Shown: positions 11,517-24,926 of the stretch, piece after piece
Layout: each line of letters begins with the position of its first letter
How positions within the stretch are numbered: position 1 is the stretch's first letter
Assembly (NCBI RefSeq): GCF_001194135.2
Contig: NC_068981.1
Location: 21,227,129-21,291,128 of the forward strand
DNA length: 64,000 nucleotides
From: Octopus bimaculoides
Taxonomy: Eukaryota
Direction of reading: 5' to 3'
Position numbers and translations under genes: made by a program
The notes under the pieces: model-generated
The model's database searches: none
The model's input: only the letters and a program-made list of their open reading frames with translations
What the model was told of the DNA's origin: nothing

Positions 11517-12295
11517 CATTGTTGCAAGAAGCATGTACAACTTGAGAGGAGAATATGTTGAATAAAACCATAATTAACTGATCCTCCAGTATTTTCTTTT
11601 ACCCAAAGCCAGGAACTTTTCAGTGCCCCCTTGTATTTATACACAAATTTATATATTCATATTTATGTATTTCTTTTGCAAGATTTCTGATGTGAAATTG
11701 TGTGTTGAAACAGATATTGTTATATTTTGTGATGGTCATTTTTCTTTTTACACCAAATAAATACATGCACTATATATCTCTCTCGTCACAAACCCTGTGA
11801 CAAAAAAATTTTCAGACAAAGAGCAATAAAATAAGAACAATAATAAATCTGAAGCGAAAAACAAATATAGAGTGAGTGTGTTTATTTGGCAAAAACAAAA
11901 AATTAAAAGGCAAAAATGACCATCCCGAAATATAACTATATATNNNNNNNNNNNNNNNNNNNNNNNNNNNNNNNNNNNNNNNNNNNNNNNNNNNNNNNNN
12001 NNNNNNNNNNNNNNNNNNNNNNNNNNNNNNNNNNNNNNNNNNNNNNNNNNNNNNNNNNNNNNNNNNNNNNNNNNNNNNNNNNNNNNNNNNNNNNNNNNNN
12101 NNNNNNNNNNNNNNNNNNNNNNNNNNNNNNNNNNNNNNNNNNNNNNNNNNNNNNNNNNNNNNNNNNNNNNNNNNNNNNNNNNNNNNNNNNNNNNNNNNNN
12201 NNNNNNNNNNNNNNNNNNNNNNNNNNNNNNNNNNNNNNNNNNNNNNNNNNNNNNNNNNNNNNNNNNNNNNNNNNNNNNNNNNNNNNNNNNNNNNN

Positions 12296-12530
12296 TATAT
12301 ATATATATATATAATCATAAATATATAGGGATTGACAGTAACCTGCTTCTCCAACATACTGAGAATTCAGAAATAGCAGTCAAAGAACTACTGATTTCAA
12401 AACTACGGAGTAATAATTTGTAGTTTTGAAATCAGTAGTTCTTTGACTGCTATTTCTGAATTCTCAGTATGTTGGAGAAGCAGGTTACTGTCAATCCCTA
12501 TATATTTATGATTATATATATATATATATA
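12296..12530. repeat. Perfect inverted repeat (111-bp arms, 13-nt spacer)
   Basis: 12296-12406 is the exact reverse complement of 12420-12530; spacer ggagtaataattt; abuts the N-gap ending at 12295. Confidence 0.95.
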
Positions 12531-12536
12531 TACATA

Positions 12537-12790
12537 TATCATTATCGTCATCGTTTAATGTCCATGCTGGCATGGGTTGGATGGTTTGACTGAGAACTGG
12601 CAAGCCAAGAGGCTGCACCAGGCGCCAATCTGATTTGGCAAGGTTTCTACAGCTGGATGCCCTTCCTAATGCCAACCAGTCTGAGAGCATAGGGGGTGCT
12701 TTTATGTGCCATCAGCATGGGAGCCAGTCAGATGGCACTAGCATCGACCACGCTCAAATGGTGCTTTTTATGTGCCAGTCAGATGGCACT
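12537..12790 (-). mobile_element. Family B copy
   Basis: Same core; an opposite-orientation fragment follows at about 12820-12870. Confidence 0.8.
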
Positions 12791-12883
12791 ATATATATAT
12801 ATATATAAGAAGAGCATCTAGCTGTAGAAACCATGCCAGCATGGAAAACATGTTAAAGGATGGTGATGATGATGATATACAGA

Positions 12884-12993
12884 CACAAACATGTGGCTTA
12901 GTGGTTACGCTGTTGCACTCACAATCGTAAGATTGTGGGTTTAATTCCCAGACAGGGTGACGCATTATGTTCTTGAGCAAAACACTTCATTTC
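12884..12993 (+). mobile_element. tRNA-headed SINE 5' fragment
   Basis: A-box-like tggcttagtggtt, B-box-like gggtttaattccc, then tcttgagcaaaacacttcatttc; cut by a gap. Confidence 0.6.
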
Positions 12994-14209
12994 NNNNNNN
13001 NNNNNNNNNNNNNNNNNNNNNNNNNNNNNNNNNNNNNNNNNNNNNNNNNNNNNNNNNNNNNNNNNNNNNNNNNNNNNNNNNNNNNNNNNNNNNNNNNNNN
13101 NNNNNNNNNNNNNNNNNNNNNNATATATATACATACATACATATATACATATATATATACATACATATATACATATATATATACATACATATATACATAT
13201 ATATATACATACATATATACATATATATATACATACATATATACATATATATATACATATATATACACATACATATACATACATACATATACATACACAT
13301 ACATATACATATATATATATATATATACACACATACATATACATACATACATATATACATACATATATATATACATACATATATATGTATATATATACAT
13401 ACATACATATACACACACACATACACACATCATCATCATCATCATTATCATCATTTAACATCCTTCTATGCTGGTATAAGTTGAATGCTTTGGCATAGCT
13501 TCTACAGCTGGATGACCTTCCTACAATCGAGTTTACAGAGGGTACTGGGTGCTTTATATGTGGCACCAGCACTGGTGTTTTTGAAATGCACCAACACCAG
13601 TGGGGTTGTCAAATAACTTGAGAGATGAAGACCTCTCAGCTGGGAGAGGGAGTAATACCAGGAGAAATGGTTTTGCACCAGAGGAAAGGTCTGAGTGTAA
13701 GAAGGATAGTGATAGGTGTTTTATATAGAAGAGATATTTGACTACCCCTGTAGAAAAAAAATAAGGAGAGGAAGCAGACAGAGTAGAGAGAAAAATAGAC
13801 AGTCTGAGTAAAAGAGAGGAAAAAAAAATGGTGTTGGAGATGCATCAAGATCTACGCACAGAGAACAGTGGGGGGGGGGGGCAGTATATGTAGTACAGAG
13901 GCAGATGTTCCATAAGAATGTGACGGGAGATGTCTAGAGATAGGAAGGGGTGACTGTAGCAAGTGACGATGAGAGAAATTGGAGTGACTGCGAGGTGGGG
14001 ATGGTAGATATGTGAGGGCATGGAGAGAGTGCAGATAGGCACATGAGGGAGAGCAGATGGCGGTGATCATGGTAGAATGGGAGAGCTGTTGGGAAGATGG
14101 GCTGTGGGAGAGTTTCGAAAAAGGACAGATTATGTGCATGCATTTATCTGCGTGACGTATAGACATGCCTGTAAAATAAAATGCTTGTATCTATGTATGG
14201 CCACAATTA

Positions 14210-14415
14210 TACATAGCTCAACGTGACTTTTCAAGATCAGTAAATCACCAGAATTCTTGGTTCCATGTCATTTCTCTGAAGTTCAACATCTGAAGATCAT
14301 TTCTCACTACTTTGTTCCATGTCTTCCTAGGTCAACCACTTCCACAGGTTTCCTATTGGAGATTGGCACTTCTTTATGCAACTGACTTCATTCAGATGCA
14401 TCACATGACTATGCA
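14210..14415 (-). mobile_element. RTE-like LINE C-terminal fragment
   Basis: Frameshifted RLHSHVMHLNEVSCIKKCQS...PRKTWNKVVRNDLQML resembles the RTE C-terminus (RLRWYGHV...GRPRKTW). Confidence 0.65.
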
Positions 14416-15302
14416 GTCTACATGTATATACATAAATATTTGCACACATATATATACACATATAAATATACATATGTATATATACATATAAATATATACA
14501 TATAAATATATATATATATATATGTTTATATATATATAAACATATATTTATACACACACACACATCAATATCCATATATACACACAAAAGAAAAAAATTT
14601 CCATATGCCACTGACTTCCTTTGAAGTGGAACAGGTAACAGACAAGAGACTAGTAATTGTTAATGTTTATCTTTTTACAACATTATTATCTTAGAATGTT
14701 AGTTTATTTTCCAAACAGTTGAGACAACATTATGGTTAAGAATGGAGTGAATAAGGGGTTTCTTTATGCTTTATTTTTATTTCTATTAATTTGCTTTTGG
14801 CATTTTTTCTTTTTTGTATCTCTTTGTATTTCCATGTAGTTCTTTGTCAATGGAATGCTAAAAGCAGCATAATGGTGTAAGTATAAAACTGAGAGAAACT
14901 AAAGATGATCTAGTAGTTGTTGGATCACATTAATGCAATAATGTGTATAATATATGTAACCCAGCAATTACCAGCTGATACTGATGTGCCAAAACAATTG
15001 TAGTGATTTAGAAAATAGCTTGTTCATTCCATCTTTTTGTCTTTAAGTTCTTTTATATACACACACATATACATACATTTATATATACATATATAGATAC
15101 ACACATACATATACACACATATATGCATACATATTCACATACAAACATATACACACACACACACACACACACATATATATCCTAGAAATGGCTGTAAGAC
15201 TTCAAATTCACCTTACCCTAATTAAACTATTCTAAATGACTTGAGATACTCATTTTGCCTTGGTTTTGTTTTATTTCTAATATATATATATACATATATA
15301 TA

Positions 15303-15595
15303 TCATCATCATCATCGTTTAATGTCTGCTTTCCATGCTAGCATGGGTTGGATGATTTGACTGAGGACTGGCGAACCAAATGGCTGCACCAGGCTCCAAT
15401 CTGATCTGGCAGAGTTTCTACAGCTGGATGCCCTTCCTAACACCAACCACTCTGAGAGTGTAGTGGGTGCTTTTATGTGCCACTGGCACGAGGGCCAGTA
15501 AGGTGGTACTGGCAACGGCCACGCTCAAATGGTATTTTTTACGTGCCACCTGCACAGGAGTCAGTCCAGCGGCACTGGCAATGACCTCGCTAGAC
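15303..15595 (-). mobile_element. Family B copy
   Basis: Same core, with tandem gtgccac/ggcac units. Confidence 0.8.
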
Positions 15596-16168
15596 TGAGT
15601 ATAGAAAACACATAATAGTGCCCAAAAGGATATAAACTAAAATTCCAAATTCTCCACCCAGAACAAGGCCTGTGCTGTGAAGAATGGTTATAAGAGAAAT
15701 CCAAAATACTGATTGTGATGTTTCCTTTTGCTAGTTTGATTTTAAGTTTATCTTCTCCCTGTCTCTCTCTTTCTTTTCTAAACCTCTTCATTTCATACGT
15801 TCTAAAAATTGTCCTTCCTCCTCTTTTCCTCTCCATGGCCTTGTTCTGCTTCCTCTCTCCCTATAACCATTTATTTTTACTAGCACTACTGTATGAACCA
15901 CATTTGCTAATTTTCTCATGATGAGAAAGAGCCAGACTTACGGTAATATCTTCATGTAACTTGTTTGTGGTTAGATACCCATAACATTTTGCACATTTCA
16001 TCAGCAATTTATGATTATCATGATTATTACTTAATTCCAGGTTTCCTGAAACAGCTGTTAAGCTAATAAATTACAAATTTTCTTATCACTTTCTGTACTT
16101 TTATTCTGTATATTTTGTGCACCATGAAAATATATTCATGTCAACCCTGTGTTTATCTCCATTACTAA

Positions 16169-16205
<37 letters not shown>

Positions 16206-16571
16206 ATATATATANNNNNNNNNNNNNNNNNNNNNNNNNNNNNNNNNNNNNNNNNNNNNNNNNNNNNNNNNNNNNNNNNNNNNNNNNNNNNNNNNNNNNN
16301 NNNNNNNNNNNNNNNNNNNNNNNNNNNNNNNNNNNNNNNNNNNNNNNNNNNNNNNNNNNNNNNNNNNNNNNNNNNNNNNNNNNNNNNNNNNNNNNNNNNN
16401 NNNNNNNNNNNNNNNNNNNNNNNNNNNNNNNNNNNNNNNNNNNNNNNNNNNNNNNNNNNNNNNNNNNNNNNNNNNNNNNNNNNNNNNNNNNNNNNNNNNN
16501 NNNNNNNNNNNNNNNNNNNNNNNNNNNNNNNNNNNNNNNNNNNNNNNNNNNNNNNNNNNNNNNNNNNNNNN

Positions 16572-16602
<31 letters not shown>

Positions 16603-16629
16603 TATAAATATATGTGAACATAAATATAT

Positions 16630-16661
<32 letters not shown>

Positions 16662-17097
16662 CTATACATACACATATTCCTTCTTGTGTTTCAGCCTATA
16701 GCTGAGGTCATATTGCAAGGCCACCTGCATCATCACTTTTTCTATGACAATTCTTATGTGGTTGGCTTTTAGTGAATGAGAGAGTTCGATACTGCTGCAC
16801 TCATTTTCATTTCTTGCCATGATGTGTATATATACATATATACAATAAATGCATATTTTATATGTAATTCTGGTGAAGCTTATTCGGCATTAGTAATTAA
16901 GATTAACCTGAATGGCACATGGAAAGTAATCAATAGCTGCATGTATTATTGCATAATGTTGCAAGATTGATTGTGCTGAACTATGATAAAACAATTGTAA
17001 ATTGAAGTAGGAAAATGAGTTGTGTACTGGATTCATATTATTTGTCATTATAAAAGCTCTATGGAAGCTTGTGGATTTTCTGACATTTGTCTGATAG

Positions 17098-17161
<64 letters not shown>

Positions 17162-17184
17162 TATATACACACATACAGACACAC

Positions 17185-17223
<39 letters not shown>

Positions 17224-17281
17224 CGCATACACATACATACATATGTATGTGTACATATATACCAACTTTAGGTTAGTTAAA

Positions 17282-17519
17282 ATATGTTTGTAACATATTT
17301 TGACTTCTAAAGGCAAATTCACTGCAGTTACTGTGGAGGAAAAAAATTCTCTCCTATGGTAAAAAATAGTGTAAAAACAGATGTAATAATGCCTTTAGAA
17401 GTTGAAATACGTCACAAACATATTTTAACTAACCAAAAGTTCATTTATGCCTAAACTCTGCTTGGTGCTGATACTACATGAATATTTGTATATACATATC
17501 TATATAATCATATGCCTGA

Positions 17520-17554
<35 letters not shown>

Positions 17555-17813
17555 TAGATAGATAGATACGTACGTATGTGCATATGTGTGTATATAAGTA
17601 TATATGAACATATATTTTAACTACTAACATATCTTAAATATTAAAGGCAAATTCACGGCAGTTGCTGTGGAGAAAATAATTCTCTATTATAGTACAAGGT
17701 GTAAAAACATGATATCTGCCAAATGCTTCTTGGTGTTTTTACACCTTTTACCATAATAGAGGATTTTTTTCTCCAACGTAATTGCCATGAATGCCTTTAG
17801 AAGTTAAAATATG
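17282..17813. mobile_element. Two tandem copies of a foldback MITE
   Basis: 17628-17709 and 17734-17813 are imperfect inverted arms of about 80 bp; 17282-17475 is a related copy with most of the right arm deleted. Confidence 0.7.
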
Positions 17814-18241
17814 CCACAAACATATTTTAACTAACCTTAAGTTCATTTATTCCTAATCATTGCTCAGTGCTGATGCTGCTATAAATATATATATATATAT
17901 GTACATAAATGTAGTCACGTATGTATGAACATCCACACACACGTTTATGTGTGTAATGATCATTATTGGTGGACTAGGTGGTAGTATGATATCAATGTTT
18001 TCATACAAGGATAATTCATCAATCTTATTTTCAATTATAATAGTGGTGTATCTTGTTTTGTTCCACCATGTATTTGAATCCATGTGGAATAAGAAATCAC
18101 TTTCTGTAATAATAGATAAAAGCTAGCATCATGATGGGCATCTGGCAAGTAAATAATGCCACAATACCTTAAAAATAAATTAATATATTGTACATATATA
18201 CAACTACATGGAGATGATCTGTGTTTGTGTGTGTGATTGTA

Positions 18242-18277
<36 letters not shown>

Positions 18278-19101
18278 NNNNNNNNNNNNNNNNNNNNNNN
18301 NNNNNNNNNNNNNNNNNNNNNNNNNNNNNNNNNNNNNNNNNNNNNNNNNNNNNNNNNNNNNNNNNNNNNNNNNNNNNNNNNNNNNNNNNNNNNNNNNNNN
18401 NNNNNNNNNNNNNNNNNNNNNNNNNNNNNNNNNNNNNNNNNNNNNNNNNNNNNNNNNNNNNNNNNNNNNNNNNNNNNNNNNNNNNNNNNNNNNNNNNNNN
18501 NNNNNNNNNNNNNNNNNNNNNNNNNNNNNNNNNNNNNNNNNNNNNNNNNNNNNNNNNNNNNNNNNNNNNNNNNNNNNNNNNNNNNNNNNNNNNNNNNNNN
18601 NNNNNNNNNNNNNNNNNNNNNNNNNNNNNNNNNNNNNNNNNNNNNNNNNNNNNNNNNNNNNNNNNNNNNNNNNNNNNNNNNNNNNNNNNNNNNNNNNNNN
18701 NNNNNNNNNNNNNNNNNNNNNNNNNNNNNNNNNNNNNNNNNNNNNNNNNNNNNNNNNNNNNNNNNNNNNNNNNNNNNNNNNNNNNNNNNNNNNNNNNNNN
18801 NNNNNNNNNNNNNNNNNNNNNNNNNNNNNNNNNNNNNNNNNNNNNNNNNNNNNNNNNNNNNNNNNNNNNNNNNNNNNNNNNNNNNNNNNNNNNNNNNNNN
18901 NNNNNNNNNNNNNNNNNNNNNNNNNNNNNNNNNNNNNNNNNNNNNNNNNNNNNNNNNNNNNNNNNNNNNNNNNNNNNNNNNNNNNNNNNNNNNNNNNNNN
19001 NNNNNNNNNNNNNNNNNNNNNNNNNNNNNNNNNNNNNNNNNNNNNNNNNNNNNNNNNNNNNNNNNNNNNNNNNNNNNNNNNNNNNNNNNNNNNNNNNNNN
19101 N

Positions 19102-19154
<53 letters not shown>

Positions 19155-19837
19155 TAAAACATAAATATACATATATTTACTGAACTACACACACTCGCCC
19201 GCTTGGGTGTGTGCATAAACATATATTTATATATATATGTGTACACACACATACATAGACATACATACATACGTACACACACATAGTATAGTGAATGAGA
19301 TCTATGTCGGCTTTTATAGATTCAACAAGTGACGTTGTATGTGCATCATGTAATGATGCTATGTCAGCTTAGACCACTGGCTGTCTGTATGTGATAGAAT
19401 ACAGGAATACCTTGCTGAGAGGAAAAGTAGCAGACAATGATGCCATAATGAAGAAATGTCCAAATGTCAGATATTATTTCCCCATGGATATTTCCTTATC
19501 ATGACTGTAGTAGTCCGGGCCTAGCAAGTAAGAGAGCGAGAGACTAGCCACCACCTACACAGAATTACGGCTGCTGGTAAATTAACCTGAGATGAAGACG
19601 ATGATGGGAATGATTATGAAGATGATAATGGTGGTGAGGATGATGACTGCAATCAACTACATATTTAGTCGCCTTAAATGATTGAATGTGCTTTGAAAAA
19701 AAGTGTTAAAATCAGCATCAACAGAAACAGATAATCTATTAAACGATAATCCCCACTGGAACAGCTTTACATAGACACATTATATACATACACACATACA
19801 TCTACACATCTACAGATACACTAACACATATACACAT

Positions 19838-19879
<42 letters not shown>

Positions 19880-20020
19880 ATGTGTATATATACATACATT
19901 ATTCACACACACGCAGTGGAACTGCTACTAATCCAGTGTCAGTGGTAAGAGAAGTGCTGCCGCGCACTCCACCCTTCCCTCTTCCTCCTACACTTTCTAA
20001 TCATCTCCTCCAGCTCACCC

Positions 20021-20065
<45 letters not shown>

Positions 20066-20561
20066 ACACTGATGGCTATCACCGAAGATTAACGGAGCTA
20101 AATCCCGGAAGCAAGACTAAAAGAGAAATGGTATTAACTGACAACAACGATTTATACATACTACACAAACACACACACACACACATAGAAATGTGTGTGT
20201 GTATGTGTGTGTTTGAATGCTGATATGCGCGTGTAATCTTCAGTCATACAAAGATTGAAGAACTATGAAAGATTGAGAATGATATATATATATATATATA
20301 TACACACACATATACATGTATGTATAACCGGAACTGTGTATAGAAGGAAAGGCTGTAGAATGTAAAGAGGATTGTCAGGGATGTTGCCGTTATGGCAAAC
20401 ATCTGGTGAGGAATGATGATTCCGACAACAGGGTCAACTAGATCAAAGCTCCGGTACATAATTAATGTAATGCCAGCACACCATAGAACTTTAATGAATA
20501 GTTAGATAACAAGAAATAATGAGGATGATAATATAATAATAATAATAAAATGTGATCTTAC

Positions 20562-20604
20562 TTCATTTGTTTAACTATTGTGCTTTTCCCTGATTCTCCG
20601 GCTC
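20562..20604 (-). CDS. GNAO1: G protein alpha-o subunit, coding exon 2 (43 nt, P-loop)
   Basis: Reads (G)GA GCC GGA GAA TCA GGG AAA AGC ACA ATA GTT AAA CAA ATG AA = GAGESGKSTIVKQMK. Acceptor atacAG at 20606-20605, donor GTAAGA at 20561. The 43-nt size matches the conserved Gi/o exon 2. Too short for the ORF track. Confidence 0.96.
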
Positions 20605-21191
<587 letters not shown>

Positions 21192-22380
21192 TCAGAAACG
21201 AGGGAGAACAAACCGACAATATAGCGACACCTTCAATTTACGGTTTAAACACAATTTTCTTTCTGCTTTTTTTTGTTTTTGTTTTTGTTTTGGTTATGGT
21301 TTTTACAGACTTCTTTCTTTTTTTTCTATCCTATATATATATGTATATATATATATTACATTTGCAGAACCTATGTGGTATGTTTCCGTGTGATTTAGTC
21401 CTGCATGTGAAAAAAATAACAGCTCCTATTTAAGAGAGTCGGGGAGACAGTAGAAAAAAAAGGGGTCGATAGCGATGTCGGGCCAGGCTGTGCTGCTAGC
21501 TAATGGCTCAGCGAGATTTTCCAATACATCCAATCATCTAGGGTTCTCTTCACATCGAGGCCACCGATCTCCCCCTCTCTTTCTCTATCTCTCTCTTCCT
21601 CTTCACTCAAACAACACTTATTCTGTCTCTCCCTCACTCTTTCGCTCTCTCTCTCTCTCTCTCAGCTATGGCACCCAGCTTACGGACCACACGAAACAGT
21701 TCTGTCTCAAACACAATCCGGAAGGTTACAGGAAAAAAAATCTGCGGTTGACAGAGGAAGATGGGTCACCCTGCCGTTAGCGTAGAATTCACAACGCTAG
21801 CTGATTTTCTGTCTCTCTCTGCCACTCCTTCTTGGACTATATATATCTCTCTACTTCTTTCTAACGGCTTTCCGAACTCTCTCTCTCAACCTCAGTTTTC
21901 CGAACAATCTCCTACTCTGTCCTGTATGCTGCTCTCACTTTCACCCTCTTTTCCTCCTTACACTATCTTTCTCTCTCTTTCTCGCTCGCTATATCTCTAA
22001 CTGTCAAGCTCCACTCAAACTTGGCCCTAACTTAACTCCCCACCCCTTGTCTACTCCACTTGCTTTTACTCCGACACTTTCTCTTTCGATTTACTTGTTT
22101 CTTTCACACGTCTTCTTTCTCCATTCTCTTCTCTTCTATTTTCTTACTATCCATGTCGTTTTATCACTGTCGTTCGCGCTCCTCTGTTGCATTATATCTA
22201 TATATATATTACACTATATTACATTATGCTATATTATATTATATTATATTATATTATATTATTTTATATTATATATTTCTCCTTGTCTATCTGTCTATAT
22301 ATATAATATAATAATAATAATAATAATATATAATATAATAATAATTATATATGTATGTGTGTGTATATGTGTAATATAAT

Positions 22381-22431
<51 letters not shown>

Positions 22432-22496
22432 GTAGGTTTAGCGATGCAAACAGGAAAAATAGAACTGAGTATATATATATATATATATATTTATTC

Positions 22497-22612
22497 GGCA
22501 GAAGAAATAGTGACTCAAGGGCCGAAAGTTTCGTGTCTTACCCTTGTCTAACAGTTTGATGAATGCTAATACACGAAACATTCGACACTTGAGTCACTCT
22601 GTTACATCTGCC
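22497..22612. other. Long imperfect hairpin (32-bp core stem, 26-nt loop)
   Basis: 22509-22540 agtgactcaagggccgaaagtttcgtgtctta pairs with 22567-22598 at 28 of 32 positions; the stem extends via ggcagaagaaat/gttacatctgcc. Confidence 0.85.
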
Positions 22613-22663
22613 AAATATATCTATTATCTCTATGTGTGTGTGTATCTACTGTTTTCCTGTTAG

Positions 22664-22701
<38 letters not shown>

Positions 22702-23966
22702 GTATCGTCTCACCCGAATGTGACGTGTGCCGTAACTCTCCCTCAATCTCTGTCTCTCTCTCTCTCTCTTATACATACATACATACATACAAACACTTAT
22801 ATAATGACACTATTATTCTGTCTCCCATTTTCATACCCAAGCATACATACTGTAAGTCCTCCCCCGCCTCTCTAAAACATAACCATTCTTTCTCCTCCCT
22901 CACTCACACTCACAGCCAAACACCCACCAACCTACACATCTATATATATATATATATATATATATATGAATGTATGTACGAATGTGTGTGTGTGCGCGCG
23001 CGTTTACTCTATCTACATTCACCCCCACTATATACACATTTCATACACACATACGCTACATCTCCCGACAGACACACGCACACACACCTTTTACATGTGT
23101 GTTTATACCTTACGTGTTTCTCTCCTCTCACAGATGTGTGATTTTCTTTCTTTTCATTTATATACATTATACATACACGCAAGCTTTTTCTTTCTCACTC
23201 TTTCTCTCATCTTCTCTATCATCACACGTTCTCTCAACATTTCCCCCTTGTATTTCTTTGCTTTCCCTTTCTCTATCTTCCGTGACTTCTCTCACTTCCT
23301 CTTTTTAATTCTTATTTCCTATTCCCTCTTTTCTTTCTCTCTCTTTTATCTATCTGTATATACTTCACTTTCTTCAGTTTTCCCTCTCATTTCTATGTAT
23401 CTCCTTCTCTGACACTTTGTCGCTCTTTTTCTTATTCTACAGATCTCCTTTCTCTTTTATTCTTCCTCTTCTATACTTCCTTATCTCTTCCTGCTCGATA
23501 TTCATCTATATTTCTATCATGGTTTTATTTTCTCTGTATAACCCTCTCCGTCAACCCATATATCTCTGTTTCCCTCATCTCTCTTTCCTAAACCAAGAAA
23601 AAGTTGAGGAAATATCGTTAGGCACGCTGAAAGGATAAAACGTTCTTAACTCTTGCTGATCTGATGTTAGAAGGAAAGGCACAGATAAACCGACAGACAC
23701 GATTCATGTATAGATATATTAAGGAGAGAAAAAAGACAGATGGGGAAAAATTGGATGGGGAACGGTTATAGGATAGAAGAGATGAAAGCGAAAGAAGACT
23801 ACGCTCTCTAACTCTCTATTCCTCTCTCGCTCTCTTTCACATACAAATGCGCTCGCGCACACACTCACATATACATACATGTATGTGTAATAGTAAACAA
23901 CAAAACGAAGAGAAAGGGGTAGTGTAGAGAGAAAAAAGAAGCCACAGCCACCGAATTCCAGTCGAT

Positions 23967-24018
23967 TGCTGTAGCTGCTGCTGCTGCTGATGATGATGTT
24001 GCTGCTACTGCTGCTGCC
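23967..24018 (-). repeat. Interrupted (CAG)n/(CAT)n tract just downstream of the candidate TSS
   Basis: Plus strand tgctgtagctgctgctgctgctgatgatgatgttgctgctactgctgctgcc. Confidence 0.85.
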
Positions 24019-24027
24019 GCAGTTGAT

Positions 24028-24090
24028 CGAACTGAGTTGGTAGCGAAGTGAAAATCACACTGTTGCGGGGCCGCTACGTGACGTCAATAG
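24028..24090 (-). promoter_or_regulatory. Candidate Galpha-o core promoter: Inr-like TCAGTT and palindromic CRE TGACGTCA
   Basis: TCAGTT on the minus strand at 24035-24030 (putative +1 at 24033). TGACGTCA at 24079-24086, about 50 nt upstream. Locally CpG-rich, non-repetitive sequence. Confidence 0.5.
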
Positions 24091-24430
24091 AGGCACGGGG
24101 TCTAGATATATTAGCATCCAGCAGGAGATACAATTAAAAAATTATGAAAATGATGTCTCCCACCATCACCCTTATCTCTTTTTCTCTCTCCCTCTTTTCC
24201 CCTCTCTCACTCGTATGTACCCGCCCCTCCTTCTTTCTTCATTAACCATTCTTTCATTCTCCACGATTCTTCTCAATTTACCCACCTTGGAGTAGATTTA
24301 TGCATGTGTTTCAACAGAACCTTGAAGTGAATAAATGAGCTTTTTTTGTCTAGGAATTTACGCATACACACACACACGTGTACATATATACACGTATTTA
24401 CACATATGCACGTAGTGAAATATATACCTT

Positions 24431-24468
<38 letters not shown>

Positions 24469-24746
24469 ATTATTACTAGTGTAAAGTAACATCATTTCGT
24501 TGGTGATTTGTCTTTCTGTGTCTCTACCCATTCCCTCTTTCCAATTTGCGCTGTATTCTTCAGAAGCACACTTGGAATTTATTCCTCCACACATTCGGAA
24601 GAGAATGTCTCTCTAGTTTATCTAAACGAAACTCTAAAAAGCAGATCAGTTCCTGCAAAAGTAGCGCATTATGGTATGCAGCTACCACCTTGGCTTACGG
24701 TAGGTAGACAGGTATAATGATCGGTTAATAGCAAGACCTACAGAAC

Positions 24747-24750
24747 AGAT

Positions 24751-24787
<37 letters not shown>

Positions 24788-24889
24788 GATAGATAGATGA
24801 GATAGATAGATAAGATAGATAGATGAGATAGATAGATAAGATAGATAGATGAGATAGATAGATAAGATAGATAGATGAGATAGATAGAT

Positions 24890-24926
<37 letters not shown>
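24747..24926. repeat. (GATA)n microsatellite with 26-nt higher-order periodicity
   Basis: Alternating agatagatagatg and agatagatagata units, about 4 times. Confidence 0.9.

Larger units (their letters stand above)
1..20561 (-). other. Galpha-o intron 2 (at least 20.5 kb, continues beyond the window)
   Basis: Begins at the exon 2 donor. No sequence encoding the expected exon 3 (IIHE...SNTIQS) was found in non-gap sequence; it could lie in a gap or outside the window. Confidence 0.75.

Noticed and set aside
11520-11635. Mariner-like C-terminus LRGEYVE* and TIR-like end
   Set aside because: Too short to support; no upstream catalytic motifs found.
1-20561. Search for Galpha-o exon 3 and later exons
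   Set aside because: No IIHE/SNTIQS-type coding sequence found on the minus strand by eye; tBLASTn with a molluscan Galpha-o would be decisive.
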